Assembly: GCA_047495785.1 (NCBI GenBank)
Contig: JBLDXI010000033.1
Coordinates: 930,001 to 994,000 of the forward strand
Length of the DNA: 64,000 nt
Direction of reading: 5' to 3'
Origin: Lepidodermella squamata
Lineage: Eukaryota; Animalia; Gastrotricha
The translations under genes were made by a program, and so were the position numbers. Of this stretch, positions 14,801-27,015 are shown piece after piece; position 1 is the first letter of the stretch, and every line of letters begins with the position of its first letter. Below the pieces are notes generated by a model that did not search any database, was not told the DNA's origin, and saw nothing but the letters and a program-made list of their open reading frames with translations.

Positions 14801-16750
14801 CACAAATTATTCTCATACACTTCTCGAGAAAATTGCGGTAATTCACGGAATAATTAAACCTCTGTTAATTATAAGACAAAGAGCTGTTGATAAATAAAGC
14901 GGAAGAACACCACTTGACAAAGGCTGTAGTTATAAACTTTTGAAAGACGAAAAAACACCAAAGTTCAACTAGTTGAAGCTATAATACTCGAGTATTACGG
15001 TAGTAAAAAGCAATTTATCTTCACGTGTTCTTACACTTTTTTCTAACAAAGCTTATGACGTCGGGCTTCGTAATAGCCGTGCCGTGATTATTAATACGTT
15101 TTTGTGTAACCTAAGCTGTATATAAAGGCAAGAAAATAACGTGGATGCGTGGTGAGATCGTTTGAAAATAGTTGGTTGATTGATAAGATCATATTTTAAA
15201 GAATTGGGCAATATGTATCAGATAAAAAATGCGAGTAAATAAAATTTGTGAAAAAATTGTCTCAACATTTGTCGAGCATTCACTGCGGTGTTTGGGTCAA
15301 CAGTGCCGACGCCAGGCTTCACCTTTTTCCTGTGTTTTAATACCTGGCGTACTTCACGCCGTCGGTGTTGCGAACACGTTTATTTATTGGTGGTCAAAAC
15401 GCGGCGGCGAGTAGTATTTTCATTACCGGCACATGCTTTAGTAGTACGCAAAGAGGAGGCTGCTTTTTATTACGAGCTATCATCATCAGTCGCATCATTA
15501 GACAGCCAGACTGCGGCCGACCAACTTGGCGGTGATAATAATTTTGTTTGCCGCCGTTGTTGTAGCGCCTGTGTACTTTTATTTGCCGACCAGGGCTTAT
15601 ACCGATGTATTACTGTTAATAAAGAAAATACGACTGTTGTGTTTTATTGTCACCGCTGTTGTATCATGTGTATATGTATGTGTTTTTACCGAAATGTGCC
15701 ACGCGCAAAAGTAGGTAATTTTTACGCCCAACAAGAACAACAGACACTTGTGGTTTCGGTGGCACACGCGCCGGCCATTCTCATTCTCCAACCGAGCCAA
15801 TTATACTAGCCTGCCTGGGCAAAAACACACACCTCGCGAGCAAACAGCAGGCACGTGCGGCGTCAACAAGGTGACACATAGAAAAATGAACCATCAGTAT
15901 ATAGCGCGCATCGTTTCCAGGGCTTTCCAATCAATTTTTTGCATCCCACACAACAGAGCAAAGAAATGGCAATCGAGATCAATTAAGCAATTTCGTTGAA
16001 AAAATAATGATGATGATGATAATGAATAAAATCTATGGTCTCAAGAAACAAGGCTATATGACGGCATTCGAGTGCCGCGCTTCTTTCACTGCACCGCAAA
16101 TTTGTCATCGCAAATGCACTCGTCGTTTTTGAATTTTTATCTGCAATAAAAAATACCTATACACGAGTATAACTAGCTCATCGCCAATTTTCGCTGCGCG
16201 ATGCTAATTCAATTGTTGAAAGTTATTGTCCGGCTGGTAGTAGAAGTAGGCGTACGTTTTTCGCTCAAACGACTCCACCCGCGATTCAGAATTCTTTTTA
16301 TAGCGCTGCCAATTTTTACCGCAAAAAGAGCCTGCAATCTGAACAATAGACTGCTTTGCGATTTTCTGGCCTTGAAAAAATATAGGTCGAAAAAAATTAT
16401 GCATAGATCTCTCAACTTTTTCGTCCGATTGCGCGGTTGCTGCCTCAAAAATCAGAGAATCTGATATTCACAATAGAAAAGGCAGTGCGATTTTGTTGTC
16501 AAGCCATTCTTGCTTCAAATCTTCCTTAAAAATCGGATTCTCGAACTTAAGGTCGAATGGTTATCTGTTTCTGTTCGTTTTTTTGAGATTTTACTCTATA
16601 AAAGATTGCATTGCTGTAGCTCCAAGAACCGAATAGCCAAGCTTTCTATCCCAACTTGGCGATCAATATTTTTCTAGTTAAATGTTTTTCTGTAGTGTCT
16701 GCATGTTTAACTTGTTCTGAACCTCATCAATCATCATTCAGCTGACAATC

Positions 16751-17323
16751 ATGCAGTCCTATCCATCAGCGACCAAGCTGAACGATGACGTCAATGTGTT
16801 CACGCAAATCGAAATAACCATGCTGAGGAATTCATTCAACGGCTTGAAGCCCAGGCATGAAGAGGTCGCACAGTTACTCCTTCAGAAGTAATTCAAATTT
16901 GTTCACTGATTTTTTAATTTACTTCATTTTTTCAGAATTTCAAATGTAAAAGGCGCGTTGGACTCATTCCGCCGAGCTACGAAAGGCGGCGAAGTCGCAA
17001 ACAGCTGGACTACAACCCATTTAGGAATGATAGTCATGGGCGGGATCGAACGCTGTCTGCTCCGAATCGATAATCCCAACAGTTTAAAAATGCTCATTGC
17101 CCGACTGACGAAGAGCCATACGGAGCGATTTCGAATCGACCCGATCATGATGGCGCGAGTGCTAGCCGCCTGCCAGCCTGCCATCCAGGCCGAAGTCAGT
17201 AAAAATTACGCTGTAAACAAGGCCAACTCAGACCCGGGGAGTCAGTTCGACCGCGCATCTGTCTGCGCTGCTTGGTCAAAGTTTTTCCGAGTTGTTTGTA
17301 ATTTATTTATGACAACTAAATAA
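16751..17323 (+). CDS. Divergent globin-like protein G2 (exons 16751-16887, 16936-17323)
   Basis: MQSY..FTQIEITMLRNSF..LLLQK | ISNVKGALDSF(CD1)..HLGMIVMGGIERCLLRIDNP..KSH(F8)TERF..AAWSKFF; phase-2 intron at B12. Confidence 0.85.
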
Positions 17324-17591
17324 TAAAATAATTGAATTGTGCGCAGTGATTATAAAAAAGCCCGCCTTAAAAAATGCGCGAGAAAAAATGCAACGCTCCA
17401 GGCACTCAAATTTCAACTCAATTCCGTATATTAAACTTCTTGCTTTGTTTGAGGAGACTGAGAACAGCTTATTCTATTAGATGCATTAAGAGAGTATAAG
17501 AGAGCAAACACACGTATATTACGCACGCAAAAAGTGCCATTTCAACGAGCACACCTGAAATTGCAGCCCCATCATTTTTTACACTTGAAAA

Positions 17592-18152
17592 ATGAAGTTT
17601 GAAAAGCTGCTCAGTGTGTCATGTAGAATTTGTCGACAAAAAGGCTTCCAGCACTTGACCGAGCTGAAAAGCGATGCCGACTGCTTGTATGCTCAAGTTT
17701 GCGGCTGCGTCGGCAAGGACGCTTACGTTCACTACGACTGCTTCAACAAGGTGATTCGGCGGCGAATTTCCTGCTTGGATACTTTCAACGACAACACGAT
17801 TATTTGTTGCGATAAATGCCGGAAACCGTTTCAATGCAGATATTTGCACAATTGGCGGCTTCGTTTCTTGTACGATCCATGCAGGTGGTTTTACATTTCA
17901 CTCATCGTCGGAAATTTACTGCTGATACCGACAGCGATTATCTGCTTCACTGAAACTGTTCAAAACATGATTTGCGGGGAGTTCAGAGATGATGCCAATA
18001 TCAAGTCATGCTGGCCATTCCCGTTCGGCATCGGTTGCATTCTGGTTTTGGGATTCCTTTGGGTCATCTTCTCGATTCTAGTTTCTCGCCGGCCTGTTTT
18101 TGTATTCTTACAGCCACCTGTTCAACGGGTCTCAACTGCTGATGTTAAATAA
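17592..18152 (+). CDS. RING-CH (RINGv/MARCH-like) membrane E3 ubiquitin ligase, intronless
   Basis: CRIC..C-G-C..YVHYDC..CDKC (C4HC3) followed by two hydrophobic segments. Confidence 0.75.
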   Translation: MKFEKLLSVSCRICRQKGFQHLTELKSDADCLYAQVCGCVGKDAYVHYDCFNKVIRRRISCLDTFNDNTIICCDKCRKPFQCRYLHNWRLRFLYDPCRWFYISLIVGNLLLIPTAIICFTETVQNMICGEFRDDANIKSCWPFPFGIGCILVLGFLWVIFSILVSRRPVFVFLQPPVQRVSTADVK

Positions 18153-20076
18153 ATTTCTCACATCAGACTTGATTTCCATGTCATTTAATGAATAAGATGT
18201 GCCGATAGCCGTTAAAAATTATTTGTTACGTTTGATTGGCGTGGAAAATGAGCCGTTAAAAATATTTGAGTGACATTTTTCGATGGGGTTGGTTACACCT
18301 CCATGATTTCCTATAGACATCGAATTAAATTTGTCTTTTTCAATTAATGAATCAGTTTTCCGAATAATGCATCCTAATCAAATAAATTCCTAGCTTTTTG
18401 CATGAATTTCTTCTTGTTTTGGACCATCAGCAAACACTTTGCTGCAGCGTAAAATAGGGGAAACTTATAAACCTCGGACTCCTGTAATTAAGCCACTCTT
18501 CCAGAGAAATTACACAGACACTAACGACTTAAAACAGACACCGTCGCATCGTCTTCAGGAAGTAATGAGAATCAATTTGAACAGCTAAACAGCCCGAGCT
18601 GTACAGAAATGTTATCATATTGCGTGGCATCGCCCACTCACCACTCATTTTTAGAAGACAAATAGCGTTCTATTTCGCCATAGAGCGGCGGCAGTCATCC
18701 GCTATTTAAGAAGAATGACATTTTATCGCTCATCGCCACTCAATAGCGCGAAATTTATTATTTGATATTTCGCAGTAGAATCGCACAATGCCCCGATTTA
18801 ACTTCGTTATATTGAAGCTCTTCGTCACAGCGCGTACTCAAGAGATCACAGATCACGCGATAAACAGCCAGCCGTAAACTCAACTCAAGATTTCTCAATT
18901 TTTATTTTAATTCTCAATTAATTTCAAATAGATTAATTCAAATGGCAATTTAAGGAGGGGTTGGCTCTTCAGCTAACACATTTTTTATTATATGGATGAT
19001 AGAGGTATTTACCTCTTTGGTTATCACCCCAACGTGACCCGTAGTATGTAGTATGTATGCAATCGGGAAAATGCATATAATTAGCTTGTGGTTGGCGAAT
19101 TTGTGCCTTAGCAAACGTAGGCAGCGTAAAATTGCTCAGATTCGATCTTTTGATTGCTTTTGTCGGGCGCGGGGTTCCTTATAGACATATAACGCGGTGA
19201 ATACAGATCAGATTTTTTAGCTAATAAATAAATGTTTACACAATTTTGTTGTTTTGGAATAGTATACAAATTGATCGGAGATCGGGCAAAAGCTAACGGA
19301 GCCACAGAAATAGTTGGAATCTATCTGTACATAAACAGCTGTTGATTTTATGGCTATATATTTCAACAAATCACGGTCAGATTTTATAAGCCTTCAAATC
19401 TCCATCTGATCACTGACTATTTGAAAATTAGTCCCAAAATTGCTCGTCAAGTCTTTAATTATAAAAAATAATAGCTGCATAGCCTCACCAACGCTCGATT
19501 ATGATCAATCCGCTTTGTATTTCAATGGTTTCCGCCCTTAAGTGTAATTAATTTCGTGCTAAATAAGGATTCTATAAGGGTGTGGCAATGCAATAATTTA
19601 AACAAGGCATCTGTACGTTTTTTTCAGAGTTCAGTACACCCTTGACAATAATTTCCTAACACCAGGTATCCTATATAATCTAAGCCTGGCATTACAGTCC
19701 GATGGCTATCTAGTTCGTTTACATCGGAAAATTGCCCACTACATCGGAAAATATAGTTTTTTTACGCCCACAAATTCGCAGGAAATTTGGAGGAAATTAG
19801 TTGATATTCACCAAGAAAATAAATCACATCATACTAAAAATATGCTGAGAGCATCGACTTTAATTAAAATGATGCTATTTTGTATGTTAAGACGTATTAT
19901 TTTTATTGCCCACGTTGGCGGTCTCGAGAGCGCAATACAATAAAACTGCGCATAAATTATATGTCAAGCATGAGTTTGTCATAATGTTTTACTTTCGATG
20001 CCACAAATATCTGACCAGCAGCTTATATATTTTTATTTCAGATTTTTAGGTGATTTTTTTCCTTACACACTAAAAA

Positions 20077-20355
20077 ATGAAATATATTGCTGCTCTATTG
20101 CTGTGCAATATCGCGCTGGCCGCTTTGTCGTCAGCCGCACTTGTTTACAAGCGCCATGGCAAGGACGATTCATCGGACGCGTCTGATTCGTTCAGCAACT
20201 GCAATCACAGGTGTCACGTTGATGCGGACGGCGAGTGCGCGCTCAACGAATGCGCCCTGCGATTTATCGACCTGCGAACTTGCGACGCCGATTGCGTCAT
20301 GGACGAGGACAACTACTGCAATTTCGTGTGCCGACCGATGTACGGTCGTAAATGA
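20077..20355 (+). CDS. Small secreted cysteine-rich prepropeptide
   Basis: Signal peptide, KR site, two 4-Cys repeats, C-terminal GRK; AATAAA near 20503. Confidence 0.75.
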   Translation: MKYIAALLLCNIALAALSSAALVYKRHGKDDSSDASDSFSNCNHRCHVDADGECALNECALRFIDLRTCDADCVMDEDNYCNFVCRPMYGRK

Positions 20356-20980
20356 CCGGCGTACATCTTACTAGTCGATTTGTTGTAAATCTCAGTTTTT
20401 TGTGATGATGGGTGCTAGAACAAATCAGTTTCGACCTTTAGACCTACTATCAGAGCCGATGGATATATATTAACGATGTTTCGTGTTAATTTATAGATTT
20501 TCAATAAATCGCTGCTTTTGCGACTAGATTTTGAATCGAGTTTTGTTGGATAATTTCAAGTTGGAATGTTTTTATTGGATGAATCCTATGTCCTCATAAA
20601 CAAGAAAATACAAAGCAAAAGTACTTTGATTTCCGTAGCATTAAAAAATAGAATCGAACGGAAGAAGTGGGGACATGTTATGCAATTAAAAATTCGCTAT
20701 AATATCCCGCGAATTTTCCGCAAAACCGAGATTGCCGATGATTAGCGAGAGAATAATGCTAAGCTAAATGTGGAAATAGGATTTATGTCTCGATTAGCCC
20801 GGCTAATTATCGATATCAGCCGACGATTATTCATCAGTCGTGTTAGAAATTGCGCGACTTAGCACCTTCAAATCCCGAAGTCGTGATCAACTCGAGCACG
20901 AAAATCGCCGTCTGTGTTGATTTTTGAACATGGTTGCACGGCTTCTAGATTCTTCCTTCAGTTGCAGCTGGCATTAAAAT

Positions 20981-21694
20981 ATGGGCAACGAAAAATCTAC
21001 GCTGAAGCATAGTATTACTCAGCCCAGTTTCACATATAACCCGCGAAAGGTTCGGCTGCGGGCTTTCAGCACTGAATCTGCTTCTCAAAGCTCGACGGAA
21101 CTTACTGGAGAAGTTCAAATCGGGCCTAAAGAATATCCATTCAGTGCAGGAGAAATCTTGACTCTGAGAGCCACATTTGAGAGACTTACCAAAAAACGCG
21201 ACTTGATTGCTATGGAAATTTTGGACAAGTACGTTAAAACTCGCTTATTGGTTTTTCATCATTTTTACTCTGTAATTTATAGAATTTCGAAAAATTCACA
21301 AATATCAGAGAAGTATAGGAAAGCGAATTATCGATTGGGTTGTTCAAGCACGGTTTTGAACTTGGGGTCCATTCTGGTATCGGGAATCGAGCGTCTCATA
21401 CTTCGCCTCGCGAATCCCGTCAAACTCGAAGCAACGATCGCCGAATTGCTGAAAAGCCATGAACAGCTTAAAATATCGCCAAAGCTCATGGTTACCGCGT
21501 TGAAGGAGGCGAGACCTATTATTTTAACGAATATCCTGCAGTGTCATAGTTGCCGCGGGGCGGCTGCATTGGAGCATGAACAAGTGCCTCGAAGCGTCAC
21601 AGGATGCCTTTTACCGACAGATTGCGGTACCTGTCAATGTTGGAACAAATTTTTCGACTACATTTGTTATTCAATTTCGACCATAATTTATTGA
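20981..21694 (+). CDS. Divergent globin-like protein G3 (in-frame 54-nt intron 21229-21282)
   Basis: MGNEKS start; FSAGEILTLRATF..EILDK | ISK; NLGSILVSGIERLILRLANP; KSH(F8)EQLKI; CHSC..CGTCQCWNKFF. Confidence 0.8.
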   Translation: MGNEKSTLKHSITQPSFTYNPRKVRLRAFSTESASQSSTELTGEVQIGPKEYPFSAGEILTLRATFERLTKKRDLIAMEILDKYVKTRLLVFHHFYSVIYRISKNSQISEKYRKANYRLGCSSTVLNLGSILVSGIERLILRLANPVKLEATIAELLKSHEQLKISPKLMVTALKEARPIILTNILQCHSCRGAAALEHEQVPRSVTGCLLPTDCGTCQCWNKFFDYICYSISTIIY

Positions 21695-22566
21695 ATAGTA
21701 AATTCCAAAGCTTGTTTTGACTATTTCAATAATTCGGCAGCATTTTGGGTCTTTTCTACTTTGCCACCCAGGTGAATTTTTGGGAAAACCATTGGCAAAA
21801 ACATGAGTATAGAGGAGTTCTCGAGCTTTCGAATGCCGGTTTCTGCAAATCAGGAGGATTTTCCATTGGTTTATGGCTAATTTAGTAGTAACGTGGCCGA
21901 AATAAAAGGGAACCGAGTGCCCTAATTTCGACCATCAGCTCATCCATTTAAGCCAATACCTTAAGTTTGATACCTCGATTTGTTTCGACAAGTTCAGTAT
22001 GGAGTGTGGATCGGGCAGAAGTGTGCCTTTTGTTTTTTTGTATATATGAAGTGCCTCGCCCATTTAAAACAACGTTTTCGCGATCACGTGCTTAAAGAGA
22101 TAATGAAACAGATTGAAGCAGACAAAAACTGATGCACACCACTCTGTGTCCATATTTTGGTCGACTACCGAAATTAGGTCGCAGCGTCCGAAATTAGGGC
22201 TTTCTGCTCTAGGAGCTCTCGTTCGACAAATTTGATGGGGAAATTATTTGCGTGCTGCTCGAAATACATAAGCGCGATTGTGCTCTGTGAGGGAAATTTG
22301 TAGTGCACGTAAAATTTGCTGACTTTAATTTTTCGAGCGAGAACCTCTTGAATTCAATCGACAGAGAATCGTCCAAGTTTTATTTTGGTCTTAACACCGA
22401 CATCGTTTTCGATAAGTCACCTTTCAAGAGATGCGCGGGACGATTCAGCCAACGGGAGTGCGCGCGCGGAGAAAACATTGGCGGGTTTGAAAATGTGCCA
22501 GTCTAGGATTCCTTAGCCCATGCTGCTAGATTCAAAGAAGAGTTTAACCTTCATATTCATTCATGT

Positions 22567-23366
22567 TTAAGTAGTAAAAATAAAAATAGCATGATTTACA
22601 ACAGTTTTCCAGAGATGACAAGTATGGCAAACTTCAGATTTCGCTCCGGAGCACTGATCGCCGAAAGTTCTCGTTTCTGAGCTGCAGCTACTTGAAACCG
22701 GGCTGAGTTTTAGCTTCTGAAGAGACCATTCGGTTTTCAGGCTAGTTAGTTGTTTCGCATAGCACTCGTGATGAAGCTTGAAATACCGCATCAAAACGGG
22801 TCTAAAGGCCTTTAATGCCGGCGGGATGTTTTCCTTAGGGAGGCTTATGGATGCACGTCTTTTCCTCAAGTTTCGAATAGATCTCGCGAAAGAATCAGGA
22901 TTTGTTGATAGTTGTAAGCAGGATTCGATGGCATCGAAAAGAAGAGATGTCAGGTGAAGAATATCCCAATCCTCCGTATCCTTCGCCCTACGTGAAGCGG
23001 CAGTTGCCTCGAGTCCTTTTTTCTGGTCGTACCTGGCTCAGCCGATTTGCAAAAAATTAAACTATTTAATATATTAAACCGAAACCTTTCAAGAAGATCC
23101 GTTGCGATTTTATCTCGATCGGGTCTCATATTTTGATAGATTATTCGAACATCCAGTAGCTCCTGCTCTGAGATACCGAGGGCGCCTGAGGAGAGGTCGG
23201 CATCACCATGAAGACTTAATTGGTAGTCGTCGCGAAAGCTGCCAAAGGCCTGCAAATGGGTTAGCTCCTCCGAAAAATACGAAGGCATGTGCAGTAAAGA
23301 CTGAGCTAATGCTCGTTTGATGTGCGGGCTTTTCTGCTTTCGAGAATTAGACGATGCTGCACCCAT
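22567..23366 (-). CDS. Globin-like protein G4 lacking the proximal His (exons 23366-23086, 23032-22567)
   Basis: MGAASS start; ISEQELLDVRIIY..DLLER | YDQKKG..WDILHLTSLLFDAIESCL..NPDSF..RNLRKRRASISL..HHEC..CHTCHLW; phase-2 intron 23033-23085. Confidence 0.7.
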
Positions 23367-23932
23367 TTTCGATCAAGCAAAAGTGAAAAATTTACTAAGT
23401 TGTCAACGATATCGGATCGTCATCCATAACAGCTGTCATGTCGATTTAACCTCAAAGTTATTTACGTTATAGCTGTCAACTTTTTAACAAGTATTTTTTG
23501 TTTACCGTCTGCCGTGATATTTTTTCGGTCAATTCTGGTCAAATGAACGAAAGATCACGATTGGTGTTGTCTGATTCAACAACACTTACCAATTAAAACG
23601 GACATTTTGTGGTGGCGATAAGATGTATGGTCTCTTAATCCAATTAGAGATGCAGACCTTCACTTCAATGCCAAATCCCTTTATTTACCGCGAAGAAAAC
23701 GCTTGAAATATCCTTCTGCTAATCATACTTATCAGACACAGCACGTAATCGACCTCAGTGATTTGTCTTCATCCTTACTATCGTTGTCACCCCAACATCA
23801 CGACTGCAAATGTCTTAAAGGTTATCTAACAAATAATTACCCTCGAAGCTCTTTGATTAGGAACTTTCTAATTTTTTCCAACTTTTTTATTCGATTTCCA
23901 AAGTCAATTCTTATTGCTTCGGTTCGGTTAGA

Positions 23933-24265
23933 ATGAGCAACTTTCAACTGATGGTTCTCGTTATACTGGTCATCCAATCATTCGCTCTGAATGCCACTGG
24001 AAACAGGCGAAATCGATTTCCTAGACAGCGCACTGGCTTGGAGGACCTTGAGCCTGCAGTCCAAAATCGCATTGCTTTGGAGGATTTCCAACCCTCCAAA
24101 AAGCTGGTTTCAGTTAAGCGAAAATTAAGGCGGCTCTGCAAACGATGCGAGGATTCTGCTGAAACCAGGTCAAGAAAAAAGACTCCTTCAATACCTTCAA
24201 ATCGGTCTCCATCTCTATACTTCCGGAGTTACATGCAAAAGGCGCCAGATGAAGATCCGATTTGA
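23933..24265 (+). CDS. Putative secreted basic orphan peptide precursor
   Basis: N-terminal hydrophobic signal-like segment, several dibasic sites, AATAAA near 24395; no homology recognised. Confidence 0.45.
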   Translation: MSNFQLMVLVILVIQSFALNATGNRRNRFPRQRTGLEDLEPAVQNRIALEDFQPSKKLVSVKRKLRRLCKRCEDSAETRSRKKTPSIPSNRSPSLYFRSYMQKAPDEDPI

Positions 24266-24933
24266 GAGCAGTTGGCACACTCGCACAGACATTTTCAAAC
24301 TTTTGTAAGTTACATCAGTACAAGTTAGCGGCGCTGCATACCAGAATAACTTCATGTGAAGTACAGAATTGGCTTCATGTGACTTACCTGGCCTAATAAA
24401 GAGCGCTATTAGCTTGTTTGTGTCCAAGGTGACAAGTGACAAGTATTAAATGTGGTTCGCATGTTTCTACAATAAGCAAAAACAGTGGAAATTGGAAATT
24501 ATGATTTTTAATTGTCGCACCTGTCACCCACTTATACTGACGTAAACAAGCTAAAGTCCGATTATTTATCGACTCCGCTATCTGGGGATGAGTTCTTCTG
24601 TTGCTGTTTTTATGTATAAATGCCTAAAGATAGCCGCCCACCTTAAAGAGTTGTCGCATTTGCAATATTGCAATTTGCAATAACAAGTTCTGTTGTTAAG
24701 GAGGAATCTTCGTTATCTCTCTCATTGTTCCTGCCACTCAAGGTTCAGAGATCAGAGATCCATACATGCCTAAGCAACGATATCCATTAATAACTTCAGC
24801 TTCCTCAACAGTTTCGATCTTAGAGCTTTAGCTGAACGTCTCAGTAAAGGAAATATCACGTTTTAATTTAAAACTCCCAACATCAATTAAATGCGGAATC
24901 AATCCACTGAGTGTCATGTTTCATAGATGATTA

Positions 24934-26788
24934 TTAACCTGAGAATTTAAGAAGAGGCGGGCAGGCCATTTTCTTGTTAACCACGTCCATAACACAGTTA
25001 TAGCACAAGTTGAAAGTGCTGACTGGCTTGAAGTAAGTGTTGTTCTTCATGACAAAAGTCGAGTTGCTACTGTCGTACTTCGGAGCATAAGAGTCGATGT
25101 CCGCTTTATAGATGATGCCAAAAGCGACTGTTGCGACGAAAACACACAAGATGTACATCGCAAGGCCGATATTGTTTGCCATCTGCAGCTTTTCTTCGCT
25201 TCTCTTGGCGCGGCCTCTCGCCGCCATTTCAACCAAGGTACTCTGTCTCGACAGCGGTTCACTGATTTTCAGTTGATCATCCGGTACAACCTTCGTCTTT
25301 TTAGACCTTTTCAGAATCTTATATAGGTAAATTGTCGATAAAATGAGATAATAGGCGTTTTAAATAGAACTCACTGCCTCTGCAAAGAACTTTTTAACCC
25401 AGTAGAAGAACCGAACTGATTCATCTTTCTCAGCGTAGTCGACCAATTTTAGCAAAATTGATGCGTAGATCTATAACCAAAATAACTTATCGTCACTAAT
25501 CACTAACAGATTTTACATTAATGAGATACTTACAGAAGCAGCGATTGAGATGGCAAAAAGAGCTAAGAGAAGCTTAAACACATAAAATGCTAGGCATTAC
25601 GATCATCTTCAAAGTTGGATACTTACCCAGTATAAGGCTGGCATGGATTCCACATCGGCATTGGGCGGTAATGTGTTTACCACGTTACAGAAAATGACTG
25701 TGAGGGAGGCAAAAATAAACAAAAATTGATTGAAATTGAACATTTACCAAAGAACGATAGAGAAATGGTGAAGGAGATCTGCATTTTTTCATCACTTCCT
25801 GCTTCAACCAAGAAAATGCAGACGCCAGCAATGGCCAGTAGAATGATGGGCAGCATGATGCTGAGGAAGTAGAACTGAGGCTTTCGCACTATAACATACT
25901 CAATAATATATTCCTGAACCCCAAATCCGTAGCTCTTCAGATAGTTTCTGCTGCCTAGCAAGTCCCATTGCGGGTTAGACACGTAAAACTGTTAAGGCGG
26001 ATTTAAAAGTAATGTTTACGTTCCAGAGATAACCTGCCTGATCGCAAATCGGGAATTGAAGGTCAGTATTGAACAGAACAATGTTGTAGTCCGTCATGAG
26101 GATGAAATTGCTGAATGTTAGACATGATAAGTGAAAGTACGATTGGATCACATGAAACATACATAGCGCAGATTTGGGTATCATATGGGTATGAATAAAC
26201 GCGGAAAGTACTGCAGAAATATCAAAGATTTTATCTTTTGCAATACAATTTACGAACAATTACCAAGAGAGCCGATACTTGTTGAATAACCGCCACCAAG
26301 CCAACGATGGCGACATTATATCAACAGGGGACTTATCAATAGCGTTCCTCCAAGCTGCATAAGTTTTACTTCTATCATGTCCACAACATTTCATATGACT
26401 TACCATCAACATTCAGAACATTCCTGATAGCAATTTTCGGTGTCCACATCTTAGACGACCCGCCAGATTCGCCAATAGTGAATACAAACCCAGTCTTGTC
26501 AGGAACATTAGGCCCAGACGAAGAAACGTCCCACATGAATTCGATAAGAGCAGATAGGGATATTTCATTTTTCGCCTCGTTAACACTTTCGATGGCGATT
26601 ATGACAGGGTGGACTGCTATGCTGACAGTTTTACTCTGAAGCAAATTTATGGGTGGTATATTTGGATGGCGCAGAGTCTGAGCCTGAATTGACGCCGTAT
26701 CGTTATTGATAAAAACTGCGTACGGGTTATTGACAGCCGCCGACACGCTCGCAAATAGCGTTGCAAGTATTAAGCAAGCGTAAACCAT
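24934..26788 (-). CDS. Divergent Cys-loop ligand-gated channel subunit L1 (cation-type M2), multi-exon
   Basis: WTPKI (loop A region), spliced Cys-loop CTFRVYSYPYDTQIC, RKPQFY-M1, SDEKMQISFTISLSF M2, M4 followed by a Cys-rich tail. Confidence 0.88.
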
Positions 26789-27015
26789 CGTTTACAAAAC
26801 GAGAATTAAAAAAATTGTTTTAGGATGATTTATTTCTAGCCTACGCGGCCATACTGAAAAAACATCGATTCCCGAGAGATATATGGCTCGCCATTCATTT
26901 TCCGCTGAATCAAAAATTAGCCATTAAGCCTGGCCTTACTTTTGTAGTCATTTTATTTTTGAAATTGTAATGGTGCATTCGGATGAAAAGTTCTGTGTTC
27001 AATATAGCAGGCTAG

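Noticed and set aside
11937-16464. Numerous 60-170 aa ORFs upstream of the RPTP
   Set aside because: Low-complexity, mostly non-ATG starts, no domains and no consistent splice pattern
21917-22200. 12-bp inverted repeat GCCCTAATTTCG / CGAAATTAGGGC
   Set aside because: Possibly a decayed MITE, but too short and with no target-site duplication
22610-22630. CxxCH (CHTCH) in G4 as a c-type heme attachment site
   Set aside because: The His is not conserved in the four paralogous CxxC motifs, and the protein shows no sign of reaching a cytochrome c maturation compartment
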